Under the pieces are notes generated by a model. It saw only the letters and a list, made by a program, of their open reading frames with translations, did not search any database and was not told where the DNA came from. From the NCBI RefSeq assembly GCF_001194135.2, contig NC_068985.1, positions 49,627,221-49,691,208 of the forward strand: 63,988 nt of DNA. The letters run 5' to 3'. Source of the stretch: Octopus bimaculoides. Taxonomy: Eukaryota. Position numbers and translations under genes: made by a program. This document shows, one piece after another, positions 51,166 through 63,846 of this stretch; the first letter of the stretch is position 1, and every line of letters begins with the position of its first letter.

Positions 51166-52404
51166 TGTAAAGAAATAGGTCCTGCATTACATATAAGACC
51201 AATACAATGAAATTGGATATTTTCATAGATAAAATGCAACAGCAGGTTAACATCAAAGGTAACTTTGGCAACAGAAAAGTCCAGTTAAGATAAAATATCA
51301 TCATCATCACAACCACCACTACCACAATCACCACATCACCAACAACAACAACAACAACATCACCATGATCTTAAATCACCACGTCTGCTAGTCTATGCTA
51401 ACAAAAGTTGGATGGATTTTCTGAGGCAGGGTTTTAGAGCTGGATGCTGTTCCTGTATCCCAACCCTCTCAGACACCTTTTATAATACATAAGGACATGA
51501 TATACTTATTCTAAAATCATGATATAAACAGGATGTATAAATATTTGCAAATGAGTGAGACTAACAGAAAATGATGCCATTAATATTAAAGGATTTGTAC
51601 ATAGTTTGAGAGAGTGTTAATTGCTACTTCTATCTCAAATTGCACCCTACTGATAGAAGCAGGCAGTTAATTATAAACTCATTTTGCATTTTAATCAAAG
51701 ACTAACATATCAATATATAGATAACAAAAATTTGTAAAAATGATTCCCTACTAGGAATCATTAATATAGTGAAAAGATTTGGTATGAAGCTTTGGGCTCC
51801 CTAGTTAATTAGGAAGCTTGCTCAGCCTGCTAAAAATAGCTGCAAAACCTCTCTCGAATCACACAGTATCATTTTAAAGAAGGAAAGCTACATTAGATAA
51901 TGTAGTCCAAAAGGTAAAAGAAAAGGATAGGGTAATCATGGTTAGAACAGACTTGAACATAGATCTATTCCCTCAGGGCTGACCTACATCCTAAAGAACT
52001 TAACGAGAGTACTCCCTTGATATTCTATAGACCATAACAGGTTTTATGATGGCACAGAGCCATACAATTACAGACAGGAAGCAAGGTTGGAGGAGTTCTT
52101 GTCTGATAATTACTTTATAAAACTTAAGACGAAAGACAAAGTTGGTGTTGGAGTATGGTTTCAATGAAACCAAATACTGCAAAGCCCACAACTATTCCAT
52201 CAGTTGTGGGTCAAAGAAAAGAAGTACAAAAGTATATGAACATAATTATGAAAGTGTATACATATATATATATATCCTTGTTTCTCTCCATATTTCTTTC
52301 TGTGTTCCTTTCAAAGACTTTCTCTATTTCCAAGCGTTAAACTAATACATCCATTTGTTGTTTACACCACCTGTCTTCATCTGTTGTTTTTTTCGTAAAT
52401 TCTC

Positions 52405-52445
<41 letters not shown>

Positions 52446-52957
52446 TATATATCAATAGAAAACATCCAATGTATAAAGAAACCTTTGTGTGGTCATTAGA
52501 CCAGCTAGAAATAACAACCAAAACACACAAACCTACCCATATGTCATAAAAAAAAGACTCCTTTAATAATGTATTTCTACCTACATCAAGCATGGCAATC
52601 TTTTGCAACAAGTGGGCCACAAGTGACTTAGCTCACCATGAAGTAGGTCACACAACAAAAAAACACTCAAAATAATTTTTCATTAGGCATGCCATTCTGA
52701 AAGTCCAGTGGGCCACAGCTTTCTCATGGCTGACCTACACAATACTTTAAAAATTTATGGGAATGATTATGGGTTTGATACATTTTACTAGAGGTCAGCT
52801 TAACCAAGGCTTACAGGGGACTAAATAACAACTGCAACATAAAAATGCTCGTTATGAATTGAAGCTCTTGTACAAACATCACTGGTCTCAATAAAGTTAA
52901 AACAATTAATTAATGAAAAAATTTAAATTGATATCTTGATTACAATTAACTACTTAC

Positions 52958-53008
52958 TTTGAAATTTCACATAGCTCTCAGTTTCAAACCCATCAGGTGG
53001 TTTGAGAT
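52958..53008 (-). CDS. Candidate upstream coding exon (51 nt, phase 1-1): xLKPPDGFETESYVKFQ
   Basis: ctttctttgcatttcag|ATCTC...TTTCAAA|gtaagtag. Both splice sites strong; only the phase-1 frame is stop-free, matching the phase of the 180-nt exon. Confidence 0.6.
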
Positions 53009-53352
53009 CTGAAATGCAAAGAAAGTTTTTGTAATAGAATCTAAAAAAGGTAAATGGCAACATTGGGAATTCCATGTAACAAAAGAGTTTACATTTCTCA
53101 AACCATAAGAAAAAATAAGACAGGTACAGGTAAATTCTTATTGTCTTTTACCAGCTTCAATCATTGGACCATGGCCATGCTGCAGCACTGCCTTCAAGGG
53201 TTTTAGTTAAACAAATTAAGCCCAATACTTTTTTTAAGCCTGGGACTTATTCTATTCATCTCTTGTCAAGCTACTAAGTTGCAGGGACATAAGCAAACCA
53301 ACACCATTTGTCAAATGGTGGTGGTGATGGTGGACAAACACAAAGACACACA

Positions 53353-53387
<35 letters not shown>

Positions 53388-53390
<3 letters not shown>

Positions 53391-53870
53391 TCATCATCAT
53401 CATTTAACGTCCGCTTTCCATGCTAGCATGGGTTGGACGATTTGACTGAGGACTGGCAAACCAGATGGCTACACCAGGCTCCAATCTGATTTGGCAGAGT
53501 TTCTACAGCTGGATGCTCTTCCTAACACCAACCACTCCTAGAGTATAGTGGGTGCTTTTACGTGCCACCAGCACGAGGGCCAGTCTGACGGTACTGACAA
53601 TGGCCATGCTCAAAATGGTGTATTTTACATGCCACCTGCACAGGAGCCAGTCCAGGGGCACTGGCAACGACCTCGCTCAAATGTCTTTTCACGTGCCACC
53701 GGTACAAGTGCCAGGAAGGCGACGCTGGCAATGATCACGCTCAAATGGTGCTATTTACTTGCCACTGGCACGGAAGCCAGACAGCTGCTCTGGCAACGAT
53801 CATGCTCGGACGGTTCTCTTAGTGCTCCACTGTACAGGTGCCATCACAATTTCACTTTCACTTGCCCCAC
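53388..53870 (-). mobile_element. RTE 3'-terminal copy
   Basis: catcatcatttaacgtccgctttccatgctagcatggg.. followed by module array, reverse complement of 46855-47245. Confidence 0.85.
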
Positions 53871-54376
53871 GATTTCGCTTTCACTTGCCCCATGATTTCG
53901 CTACACACACATACACATACACACACACATACACATACACACACATACACATACACACACACATACATATACACATATATGACCGGCTTCTTCTGGTTTC
54001 TATCTACCTAATCTACTCACAGACTTTTGGTTGGCCTGAGGCTATAGTAGAAGATACTTGTCCAAGGTACCATGCAAACAGACCCAGAACCATGTGGTTG
54101 GGAACCAAACTTGTTACCACACAGTCCTGTCTGAGGTAATTAGTGACTGGTTTAATGATACAGATCTAATTGCACTCAGTTGAGCAACTCTGTAAATATT
54201 CTGACCATTTTGTGGCTAAAGAACATCACTATTGTTTATGTTTCCTTTTTCCCTGCAAGGATGAATACTGTAGGTTGGATTGTCACAACTAGAATCTCTT
54301 TGATCATAGCCCTGCTTTGGACTGACCTGGGGCTAAACAATAACAACCTTCTATAATTCAAAATATTTCTCTTGGA

Positions 54377-54678
54377 GGTCGTTGCCAGTGCTGCTGGACT
54401 GGCTCCCATGCAGGTAGCACATAAAAAACACCTTTTGAGCGTGGCTGCTGCCAGTACCATGTGACTGGCCCTTGTGCCGGTGGCACGTAAAAGCATCCAC
54501 TACACTCCCGGAGTGGTTGGCGTTAGGAAGGGCATCCAGCTGTAGAAACTCTGCCAGATCAGATTGGAGCCTGGTGCAGCCATCTGGTTCGCCAGACCTC
54601 AGTCAAATCGTCCAACCCACGCTAGCATGGAAAGCGGACGTTAAATGATGATGATGATGATGATGATGATGATAATGA

Positions 54679-54682
<4 letters not shown>
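54377..54682 (+). mobile_element. RTE 3'-terminal copy
   Basis: Two modules, then ..gcatggaaagcggacgttaaa(tga)n. Confidence 0.85.
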
Positions 54683-54712
<30 letters not shown>

Positions 54713-55594
54713 AAAGAAAGAGGAGAAAATATAGAATTTGTTTTGGGGTTTGTTGTTAATAATTGAATAATTTAGGAGAAAATAAACAAAAGATAGAAAG
54801 GCTGAATAATCCATAATTTATGAGGGTGTTTTTCTACAATGTCACTGTTTATCCTATTTTATCCCAACCCTTTCTCATCGATTTTCTTTTTCCTTAACCT
54901 TTCTGATATGGTTCTAAATATTTAAGCATTTTCATACATTGTTCGGAAATAAATTTTACATAAAGATTTCTTTCACTAATTTCAACTATTCATTCTTACT
55001 ACTCAGTCATACGGACGATGGCATTTCAAATAGTATAAGATTTAGTTGCGCTAAGGTCCAAATTTTGCATATATATTTAAATGAATGAAAATATTCCATA
55101 ACTCCTAAATCATTGGATATCAGTGAAAAATTTCTTTTCCTTGTAGCATAACGAGCAAAGCAGGCTAGTGGGGTCCGTTGCTTCCTAAGCAAATGTCTAT
55201 AGCTGGAATTAATAGATACAAAAATAAAGGAAATAGTGACAATCAGATGTCAAACCTACATTGCAAGCTCAGTAATAGGAGGCTTACTACCTCTCTGTAG
55301 TGCACCCATACATGCACTGGATTCAAGGTCATAAGGTCATGGATTTGATTTCTGAGTTGAACAGGTCTTTTTGTGTCTTTCAGCAAAGCAATTTCATTTC
55401 AGTGCTCCAGTCTAGTGCAGTTGGTGCAGTCCACTGTTCCCCTCTCAATTGCCTTCTCTTAGATGTTGCAGTTGTGAAGGCCAAGCTAGTAATGTGTCTG
55501 TATGTAACAACACAGGCACCTAAAACAAGTAGCAAAAGCATGGTACACACTACTAGATCATATTCACTTGTGAGTCATTACTATGATTGATATA

Positions 55595-56534
55595 ATCATC
55601 ATCATCATCATCATTCAATGCTTGCTTTCTATACTGGCAAGAGTTGGGTGGTTTGACAGGAGCTGGTCAATCAGAAGACTGCAACAAGTTCTACTGTCAG
55701 TTTTAGCATGAGTTCTACAGCTGGATGCCCTTCCTTATGCCAACCACTTTACAGAGTGAATTGGGTGTTTTTTATGTGGAAACAGCAACGGTGAGGTCAC
55801 CAGATAATTCACAAGAGTGGGGAGTAGTATTGAGGAAGGTGGTTTTCTGCCAGATGCGAGATTAGAGTAAGAGAAGAGGGACAGAAACAGATGTCTTGCA
55901 GTGAACGAAATACATGGCTACCTTAGTAGGAGAGGAAGAGAGAGGAGAAAGGGAGGAGGGAAAGAGAGAGTGAACTGGTGAAGATGTGAGATGGGGTACA
56001 CTCAAGTTACAGGGAGTATATAAGTGGGACCAAGGATTGGATAGAGTGAGTGTGTAGGTAAGTTTGCCAGACTATGAAAGGAGGGTGGGACATGGAAGAG
56101 ATGGGAATGTAGCAAGTGGGTAGAAATGGAGGGAGGATTGTTAAGAGGCTATGCTGAGGGGAAGAGATGAAACTGGGAAGATTGGGAGATAGAGAGGAGA
56201 AAGTACAGCAGATGGTGAGCATAAGTGGGAAGATGAGATGCAGGGGAGAGGCTTATCAGAGACAAATTGTTTGGAGGGTGGGGGCACGAACATAACGGAC
56301 ATGCCTTTCTGGCCTCAATTTTACTTAGCTCAACAGCATCTTCAGATTAGTTTTCACCACTTCCTCCCATATCTTCCTGAGTTTTCCTCTTCCACAGGTC
56401 CCCACCACATTTAGAGATTAGCACTACTTTATACAGCTGTCCTCATCCATATGTATCACATAACCATACCAGCACAGTCTTCTCTCTTGCACACTACACG
56501 TGATGCCTCTTATGCCCAATTTTTTCTCTCAAAC
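55595..56534 (-). mobile_element. Older 5'-truncated RTE LINE 3' end with long pyrimidine-rich 3' UTR
   Basis: Minus strand LREKLGIRGITCSVQERRLCWYGYVIHMDEDSCIK..CGRGKLRKIWEEVVK at 56300-56534, homologous to 60000-60240; ends in a (GAT)n tail at 55595-55615. Confidence 0.8.
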
Positions 56535-57319
56535 ACATTTACACATACATACACACAACTTTTATTAACCAGATGATGCCTAACAATTGTACAATTATTC
56601 CAATGCATATTTATATTTCTCCAAAAATAGACTGAATATCTGAAACAGCATAACATGAGGTTTTGCAATGCTCATTTTATGACACAGAATACTCTTGGCC
56701 ATTAAATAACGATAGGGTTAATTATTTCAATGTTTTCGGTATAAGAAACATGCACAGTTGGGTTTAATAGGGTAATTCATAAAAACACTAAGAACCAGCT
56801 AACATTATTCTTTGGCAAAATAAGCAAGGGAGAAAACTGCAAGTGTTTTAGCATTATTAGAATTTGTTAGCCAGTAACTTGCAGCCACTGTTGAAACTAA
56901 CTAAAAAGAAACATTTATAACCACTTGGTGGTGCTGTGAAATGAGAGATTAATTGGATAATGTAATTACCAAGTGACATTGGTGATATACTTAATTAAAG
57001 AGAGGCACTGACTATATATGTAATTTAATAGTGGGTTTGATTATTTACAATGTTTTTAACATCGGATTAAATGTAGCAATTAGGAGAAATATTAGAGGTT
57101 ATAATGCTGTCACTGAAAGTTTTCTGGCTCCTGTTTCGAGTCTATGTGATTATTACTTAAATAAAATCTAAAAAAAAATATAATCACTGCAATCTAAGTA
57201 CAGAAACCATGACTAACCATGATCTGCGTGGCTGTAAAAATGTTGTGCCCGTGAATATAAGCACATTTAAAATGAGAACAGCACTATGGTAGGCAATGTT
57301 TTACCGATTAAGCTAAAAG

Positions 57320-57353
<34 letters not shown>

Positions 57354-57539
57354 GAATAGTTGCATGGTAAGAAGCTTGCTTCCTAACTACATAGTTGTAG
57401 AAGACAATTGCCTTTGTGTCTGTGTTTGTCCGCCAACCACCACTTGACAACTGGTGTTGGTGTGTTTGCATCCCCATAACTAAGTGGTTTGGCATAAGGG
57501 ACTGATCGAGTAAGTACCAGGCTTAAAAAATAAAAGAAA

Positions 57540-57922
57540 ATGCTTCTGCCCATACAAAAATGTACTCAAAATACAAGATTTGTATACACTTATTTCAGAT
57601 TTCAGACTCACATATGATGAGAAATTTTCCAAAAGCACTTGTAACCTTAGGTGGTCTGATATTGAGTTCATTATCAAGAGCACCCTTAAAGTTTACTGTT
57701 TCCCAAGATATTTAAATAACCTGACCCCTTTAAGTGGTTTATTGTCACTCATCACATTTGAATCATGAGTACGTTCTGCTCCAGGCTTTGGTTGGAAAAA
57801 AATTTGAGTCTTCTTGATGCTGACAGTCAGTCCAACTGCATGATATGCCATAGTAAACCTGTTGGTTGTTTCCTGAATTCTCTCAAATGCATTAGAAATC
57901 AAAGAGAAATCAGCCATATATA
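57540..57922 (-). mobile_element. Decayed RTE reverse-transcriptase fragment
   Basis: YMADFSL..RFTMAYHAVGLTVSIKKTQIFFQP..FKYLG and ISVYKSCILSTFLYG (track ORFs 57693..57917 and 57480..57683), matching RTE RT motifs 5-7 and the downstream region. Confidence 0.8.
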
Positions 57923-57974
57923 TAAATATAACTTAGAGTGTGCTTCTATTTCGAATTTATGTTTTACTGACGAT

Positions 57975-58022
<48 letters not shown>

Positions 58023-58248
58023 NNNNNNNNNNNNNNNNNNNNNNNNNNNNNNNNNNNNNNNNNNNNNNNNNNNNNNNNNNNNNNNNNTATATATAATCCA
58101 AGAGAGTTCGGGGTTGAGGATCCAACCGACTAAGGGATAATATCTATCCAATATACTGCTGAGAGGGTACCCAATTATTGTTACACTAGTGTTATACCAA
58201 GTGCAATAAGTGGGTGCAGGTAAAAGAGTTTTTTTTTTACCCTAAATT

Positions 58249-58582
58249 TATATTGCAATAAGAAAATGGAGGGGAATATGAAGTACTCATCAACTTGCAG
58301 ACACTGTATTCCATTGATTAATCTGTTTATTTTATAACCAAAATGACAAAAAAGACAATATACAGACACTTATGACATACCATGTCATATCAACAATTCA
58401 GATTTCAAATTTAATGGACATCTAGCAATTGGAGAAGGGACAAAATCTTGGTATGTCATAAGTGTCTGTATATTGTCTTTTTTGTCATTTTGGTTATAAA
58501 ATAAACAGACTAATCAACGGAATATAACGTCTGCAAGTTGATGAGTACCTCATATTCCCCTTCATTTTCTTATTGCTATATA
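58249..58582. repeat. Long inverted repeat (~133-bp arms, ~67-bp spacer), MITE-like
   Basis: 58249-58382 is the reverse complement of ~58449-58582 with few mismatches. Confidence 0.85.
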
Positions 58583-58782
58583 TATATATGTGCATGGCTG
58601 AAACTGGCCAAATTTTCAAAATCACTGTCAATAATATTTTTCTTTAAGAATAATAAGTTTGTACTCTTCAAAGGTATAGACTAACCCATTAGATTAATGC
58701 AAAACTTTTATTATCACTAAACATAAAAACAAACAATATATATATATACATACAGATACACACATATATATATGTATATATA

Positions 58783-60803
58783 CCGAATGACTGGTGTAGC
58801 AACACTATAGTCAACTGCTACAAAGGTAAAGGTGACACCTTAGATAGGAATAATTACAGAGGTATCAAGTTGTTGGATCAGATAATGAAGGTCATGGAGA
58901 GGGTCATAGCCCAACTAATTAGGGAGAGAGCTAGTTTAGATGGGATACAGTTTGGATTTGTGCCAGACAGAAGCACCACTGATGCTATATTTCTGGCAAG
59001 ACAGCTGCAGGAGAAATACCTAGCCAAAGATAAACCTCTGTACTTGGTTTTTGTTGACATGGAGAAAGCCTTTGACAGGGTCCCCTGATCCCTTATCTAG
59101 TGGTCAATATGGAAACTAGGGATAGACGAGTGGTTAGTGAGAGCTGTACAAGCTATGTACAGGGATGCTGTCAGTAAGGTGAGGGTTGGCAATGAACATA
59201 GCGAAGAATTTGGGGTAGAAGTAGGGGTTCACCAAGGATCAGTCCTCAGCCCCCTTTTGTTCATCATAGTCCTCCAGGCCATAACAGAGGAATTCAAAAC
59301 AGGCTGTCCCTGGGAGCTCTTCTTTGCTTATGACCTTGCTCTAATAGCTGAGTAACTACCAAAACTAGAGAAGAAGTTTCAGGTGTGGAAGGAAAGTCTA
59401 GAATTGAAGGACCTCAGTGTTAACTTAACAAAAACAAAAGTCTTGGTAAGTAGGAAGGCAGACAAATCACAAATCCCTTCAGGCAGATGGCCCATCTTGA
59501 TCTGTAGAAAAAGTGTAGGTAGAAACTCCATAAGATGTACCTGGTATAAGCTATGGACACATAAGAGGTGCAGCAACGTCAATGGAAGGTTAATTGGGAA
59601 GATAGTTTTTGAGTATGGAAGATGCCCAGGTGCAATAAACACAAAAAATGTACAGAAAACAGATTTCATCACATGCCAGGGAAAAAAATTAGAAGTAGTT
59701 GATAGCTTCCATTACCTAGGTGACCAAGTCAGTAGTGGGGGATGGATGCTCTGAGAGCATAGCTGCCAGAATAAGAATAACCCGAGCAAAGTTTAGAGAG
59801 CTCCTACCTCTGCTGGTAACAAAGGGCCTCTCACTCAGAGTGAAAGGTAGACTATATGATGCCTGTGTGCGAACAGCCATGCTACACGGCAGTGAAACAT
59901 GGGCTGTGACTGCTGCGGACATGCGTAGACTTGAAAGAAATGAAGCCAGTATGCTCCGCTGGATGTGCAGTGTCAGTGTGCATGTATGACAAGGTGTAAG
60001 CACCCTGAGAGAAAAGTTGAACATTAGAAGCATCAGGTGTGGTATGCAAGAGAGGATGACTGGGCTGGTAAGGACATGTGATGCATATGAATGAGGACAG
60101 CTGTGTGAAGAAGTGTTACACCCTAGCAGTGGAGAGAACCTGTGGAAGAGGTAGACCCAGAAAGACATGGGATGAGATGGTGAAGCACAACCTTCGAACG
60201 TTGGGCCTCACAGAGGCAATGACAAGCGACCAAGACCTTTGGAGATATGCCATACTTGAGAAGACCCAGCGAGCCAAGTGAGATCATAGTTGTGGCCGAT
60301 TCCAGTGTCACATAACTGGTACGTTTAAACCCTTCAATCATTGGGCAATATGGTGTTCTTGAGAAGACCTGTTGAACCAAGTGAAATCATAGTCATGGCA
60401 CGTAAAAAACATCATTCAAGTGGAGCCGATGCCAGTGCTGCCTGACTGGCACCCGTAATAGTGGCATACAAAAAGCAACATTTGAGTGTTGCCAATACCA
60501 GTGCCACCTCACTAGTTTCTGTGTCGGTGGTACATAAAAAGCACCATTCAAGTGTTGGACCTCGTGGAGGTAATGTGGCCAATGCCAGTGTCACATAACT
60601 GGCACCTGTTCCAGTGGCACATAAAAGCACCCATTACATTCTCAGAGTGGTTGGCATTAGGAAAGGCATCCAGCCATAGAAACCGTGCCAAATCAGATTG
60701 GAGTCTGGTGCAGTCCCTCAGCTTACCAGCCCTGGTCAAAGAATCCAACCCATGCCAGCATGGACAACAGACGTTAAATGATGATGATAATGATGGTAAT
60801 GAT

Positions 60804-60805
<2 letters not shown>
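58783..60805 (+). mobile_element. 5'-truncated, inactivated RTE-clade LINE (RT domain, C-terminus, 3' UTR, (GAT)n tail)
   Basis: PNDW..TIVNCYKGKGD..NYRGIKLLDQIMK, QFGFVPDRSTTDAIFLARQLQEKY, FVDMEKAFDRVP, GVHQGSVLSPLLF, mutated YADD (FFAYD ~59320-59335), YLGDQ, LHGSETW, GRPRKTWDE; ORF stop 60279-60281; several premature stops and frameshifts; 3' UTR ends gacgttaaatgatgat. Confidence 0.95.
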
Positions 60806-60890
<85 letters not shown>

Positions 60891-62913
60891 TAACAGTGTC
60901 TAGTATATTTATTTAACAATAGAAGTAATTTGTGCTAGATTTATTATTCTTTCTGTATTTTTAACTTTTGCATTGTGGTGTTTAGTTAAATGAACTACAT
61001 TTTAAAACTTACTCTTGACACTAAATTCCATATGATGTGTAAAACAACAACATGTAACTAACAACAAATTAGGCCTCCCTTCAACAGGCATACTTCTTCA
61101 TGTGTATAGTACAATGTTTTACATGTGTATGCACAAATATATGCATGCAAACATTCATGCGTATATTGATACAATCATGCACATAATCACACAGACACGT
61201 GTGTGTGTGTGTGTGTGTGTGTGTCTTAATGTATCTATGTGTACGTGTGAATATACAAATTATTACCCAAGTTGTTCTTACATAAAATATTTAGTAGCTA
61301 TTGTTGAATACATTTTAAAAAACAATTATGATACACGTAAAATAACATTATCCCACCTCCCTAAACAATCATGCAACTAATGGCATCATTTGTTTCTGCA
61401 CATGTATCTGTGTGTGCATGTGCATGCACTGTTCTATTTAAAGCATCCATATATATATATATATATCCATATATATATATANNNNNNNNNNNNNNNNNNN
61501 NNNNNNNNNNNNNNNNNNNNNNNNNNNNNNNNNNNNNNNNNNNNNNNNNNNNNNNNNNNNNNNNNNNNNNNNNNNNNNATACTCATGCATGGACCTGCAT
61601 TTAGATGATTTATATATTTAAAAAAATTGTTTTATGCTCAGAAATAATGAAGTTAAGTTTAATAACAATGGCTCTTCCACCAAAGGACACAACCCATGAG
61701 TATTTAGGTTTCATTTCTATGAATATAGAACTTTATAATACAAATATTGTCACTCCACTCCTCAAGTGACGGAAAAATATTGTATGACCAGATTTATTAT
61801 TTTACAATGCAAAAGAACAAAGTATCTGGTTACACTTATCTATTTATATTCACATATATGTATATGTATATAGCAATTAAGGAATTTTAAATTGTTCATG
61901 TTTACAACCAAAAATTTTGTTTTTTCCATTTCAGTAGATTTATTTCATTGGTAACACAAATTTTTTGTTGCATGACAATGAATTATACAAATGTTTGGTG
62001 AATGCTTTACCCTAATGAATGGCAAAGGAGAGATATCAAGAGACCCATACCAACTTGTAGGGTTCATTCCTATGGATGGCAACACCTAACTGGATCAAAC
62101 TAAGTAGGGAGGTGGTTTAGTGGCCCAACTTTCCGCAGCTTTATGTTGCAAAAGGAAATGTCAGAGAGCAGCCAGCAGTTTTGTTAGTTTGCAGTTCTGT
62201 ACTTGTCAGGTCCAATGTTGATTTTACAAGGTCACGACTGGAGAAAGTATTGCTGCAGATTGCCTCCCAGAGGAGAGCCTTGTCACTTTGGAACAAGAAT
62301 ATTGTGTTGCTGCTGGGTTTTTTGTTATGCCATCAGTTTTACCCTGTGGGCTCCTGTTGTGATGGAGAAGTAACTACGTCCAAATCACATCTGACAGTAT
62401 TGAGGGCAGCATGCCGAAGGAAGACATTTGATTATCTTTAATATTTTGAAAATTCTATATTTGAACACGTTAATTACTTCAAAAAGAATAAATAAGTATA
62501 ACAGCTATTAAAAATAGGGACAGACTATGTCAGTGAAGGTTCATGCCCTAGTGCTTAGAGTGTTGCACTCACAATCATAAGATTGTGGTTTCAATTCCTG
62601 AACCAAGTAATACATTGTGTTTTGGAGCCAAACATTTCATATGTCCTCAACCCACTCAGCTATAAATAATTTCCAACAATGGCTGGAAAGTTAACACTAT
62701 AATAGACCAGCATCCCATTCAGGGGTTAGGGGTTGTAATCTCAATTCCTAAAACACCATGGCAGCTGAGTTAAGCTCCAGCCTTACGAGTCTTAAGGCTC
62801 CTGGCAGATCTAACCCTACATGTTATGACAGGCCCCAATTATTACAATACTTAAATTAATGTAACTAAGTTATAAAAGTAAAAAGAAAAAAAGGTAAAGA
62901 ATTTGTTAAAATA

Positions 62914-63281
62914 GGTACAGGCATGGCTGTGTGGTAAGAAGCTTGCTTCCCAACCACTTGGTTCCAGGTGGCTTCTACTATAGCCTTGGGCTGATCAAAA
63001 TCTTGTGAGTGGATTTGGTAGAGGGAAACTGAAAGAAGCCCATCATATATATATATTTATGTGTGTGTCTGTATTTGTCTCTCCACTATCACTTGATAGC
63101 CAATGCTGATGTGTTTATGTCCCCATAACTTAGCAGTTCGACAAAAGAGACCGATAGAATAAATACTAGGCTTACAAAGAATAAGTCCTGGGGTTGATTT
63201 CTTCGACTAAAACCCTTTAAGGTGATGCTCCAGTATGGCTGCAGTCAAATGACTGAAACAAGTAAAAGAACTGAAAAGAAT
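62914..63281 (+). mobile_element. SINE family A copy
   Basis: ggcatggctgtgtggtaagaagcttgcttcc..gcagtcaaatgactgaaacaagtaaaag. Confidence 0.85.
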
Positions 63282-63589
63282 ACTTTGGATTTATTTCAAT
63301 CAATTTTTAAAATCTTGAAGAATTTAGTAAAATAATTGTCACTATTAAGCTGATGATTGGAGCATAACTTGACATGAACTTTTTATGGAAGGTATTCATT
63401 TAAAATCACTTGAAAACAGGATATTTGTATCATAGAAGCAAGGGTGGTGGTCTTGTGTGTGTTGGTAACAAAACGGTTAATTCTGCCTTCCTAACAAGAA
63501 TGCGGTTGTATAATTTTGGATAATTGTACAAAGGTAGTTAGAGTATACATTTTTGGAGATCAGTCTATGGAAAGGCTCCATCCAGAGGA

Positions 63590-63809
63590 ACTGAATGGAG
63601 CCTTTTCAGATATTCTTAAACAGTTGAGGAAGGAGTAAACTCATTGAAGTGAGAGAGTATAGCAGGGTTCGCCATCACCCCCTGCTGGAGCCTTGTGGGG
63701 CTTTAGGTGTTTTCGCTCAATAAACACTCACAACACCTGGTCTGAGAATCGAAACCGCAATCCTACGACCGCAAGTCCGCTGCTCTAATCACTGGGCCAT
63801 TGCGCCTCC
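63590..63809 (-). mobile_element. tRNA-headed SINE (family D)
   Basis: Minus strand ggaggcgcaatggcccagtgattagagcagcggac..ggtttcgattctcagacc: A and B boxes followed by a non-tRNA body. Confidence 0.75.
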
Positions 63810-63846
63810 ACATATATGTACATATGTACATATATATATATATATA

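Noticed and set aside
55007-55205. Minus-strand exon SYRHLLRKQRTPLACFARYATRKRNF..
   Set aside because: Plausible acceptor, but no good donor before the stop and phase is incompatible with the 51-nt exon.
63735-63809. tRNA gene
   Set aside because: Has A and B boxes but no complete cloverleaf or matching acceptor stem, and runs into a SINE body.
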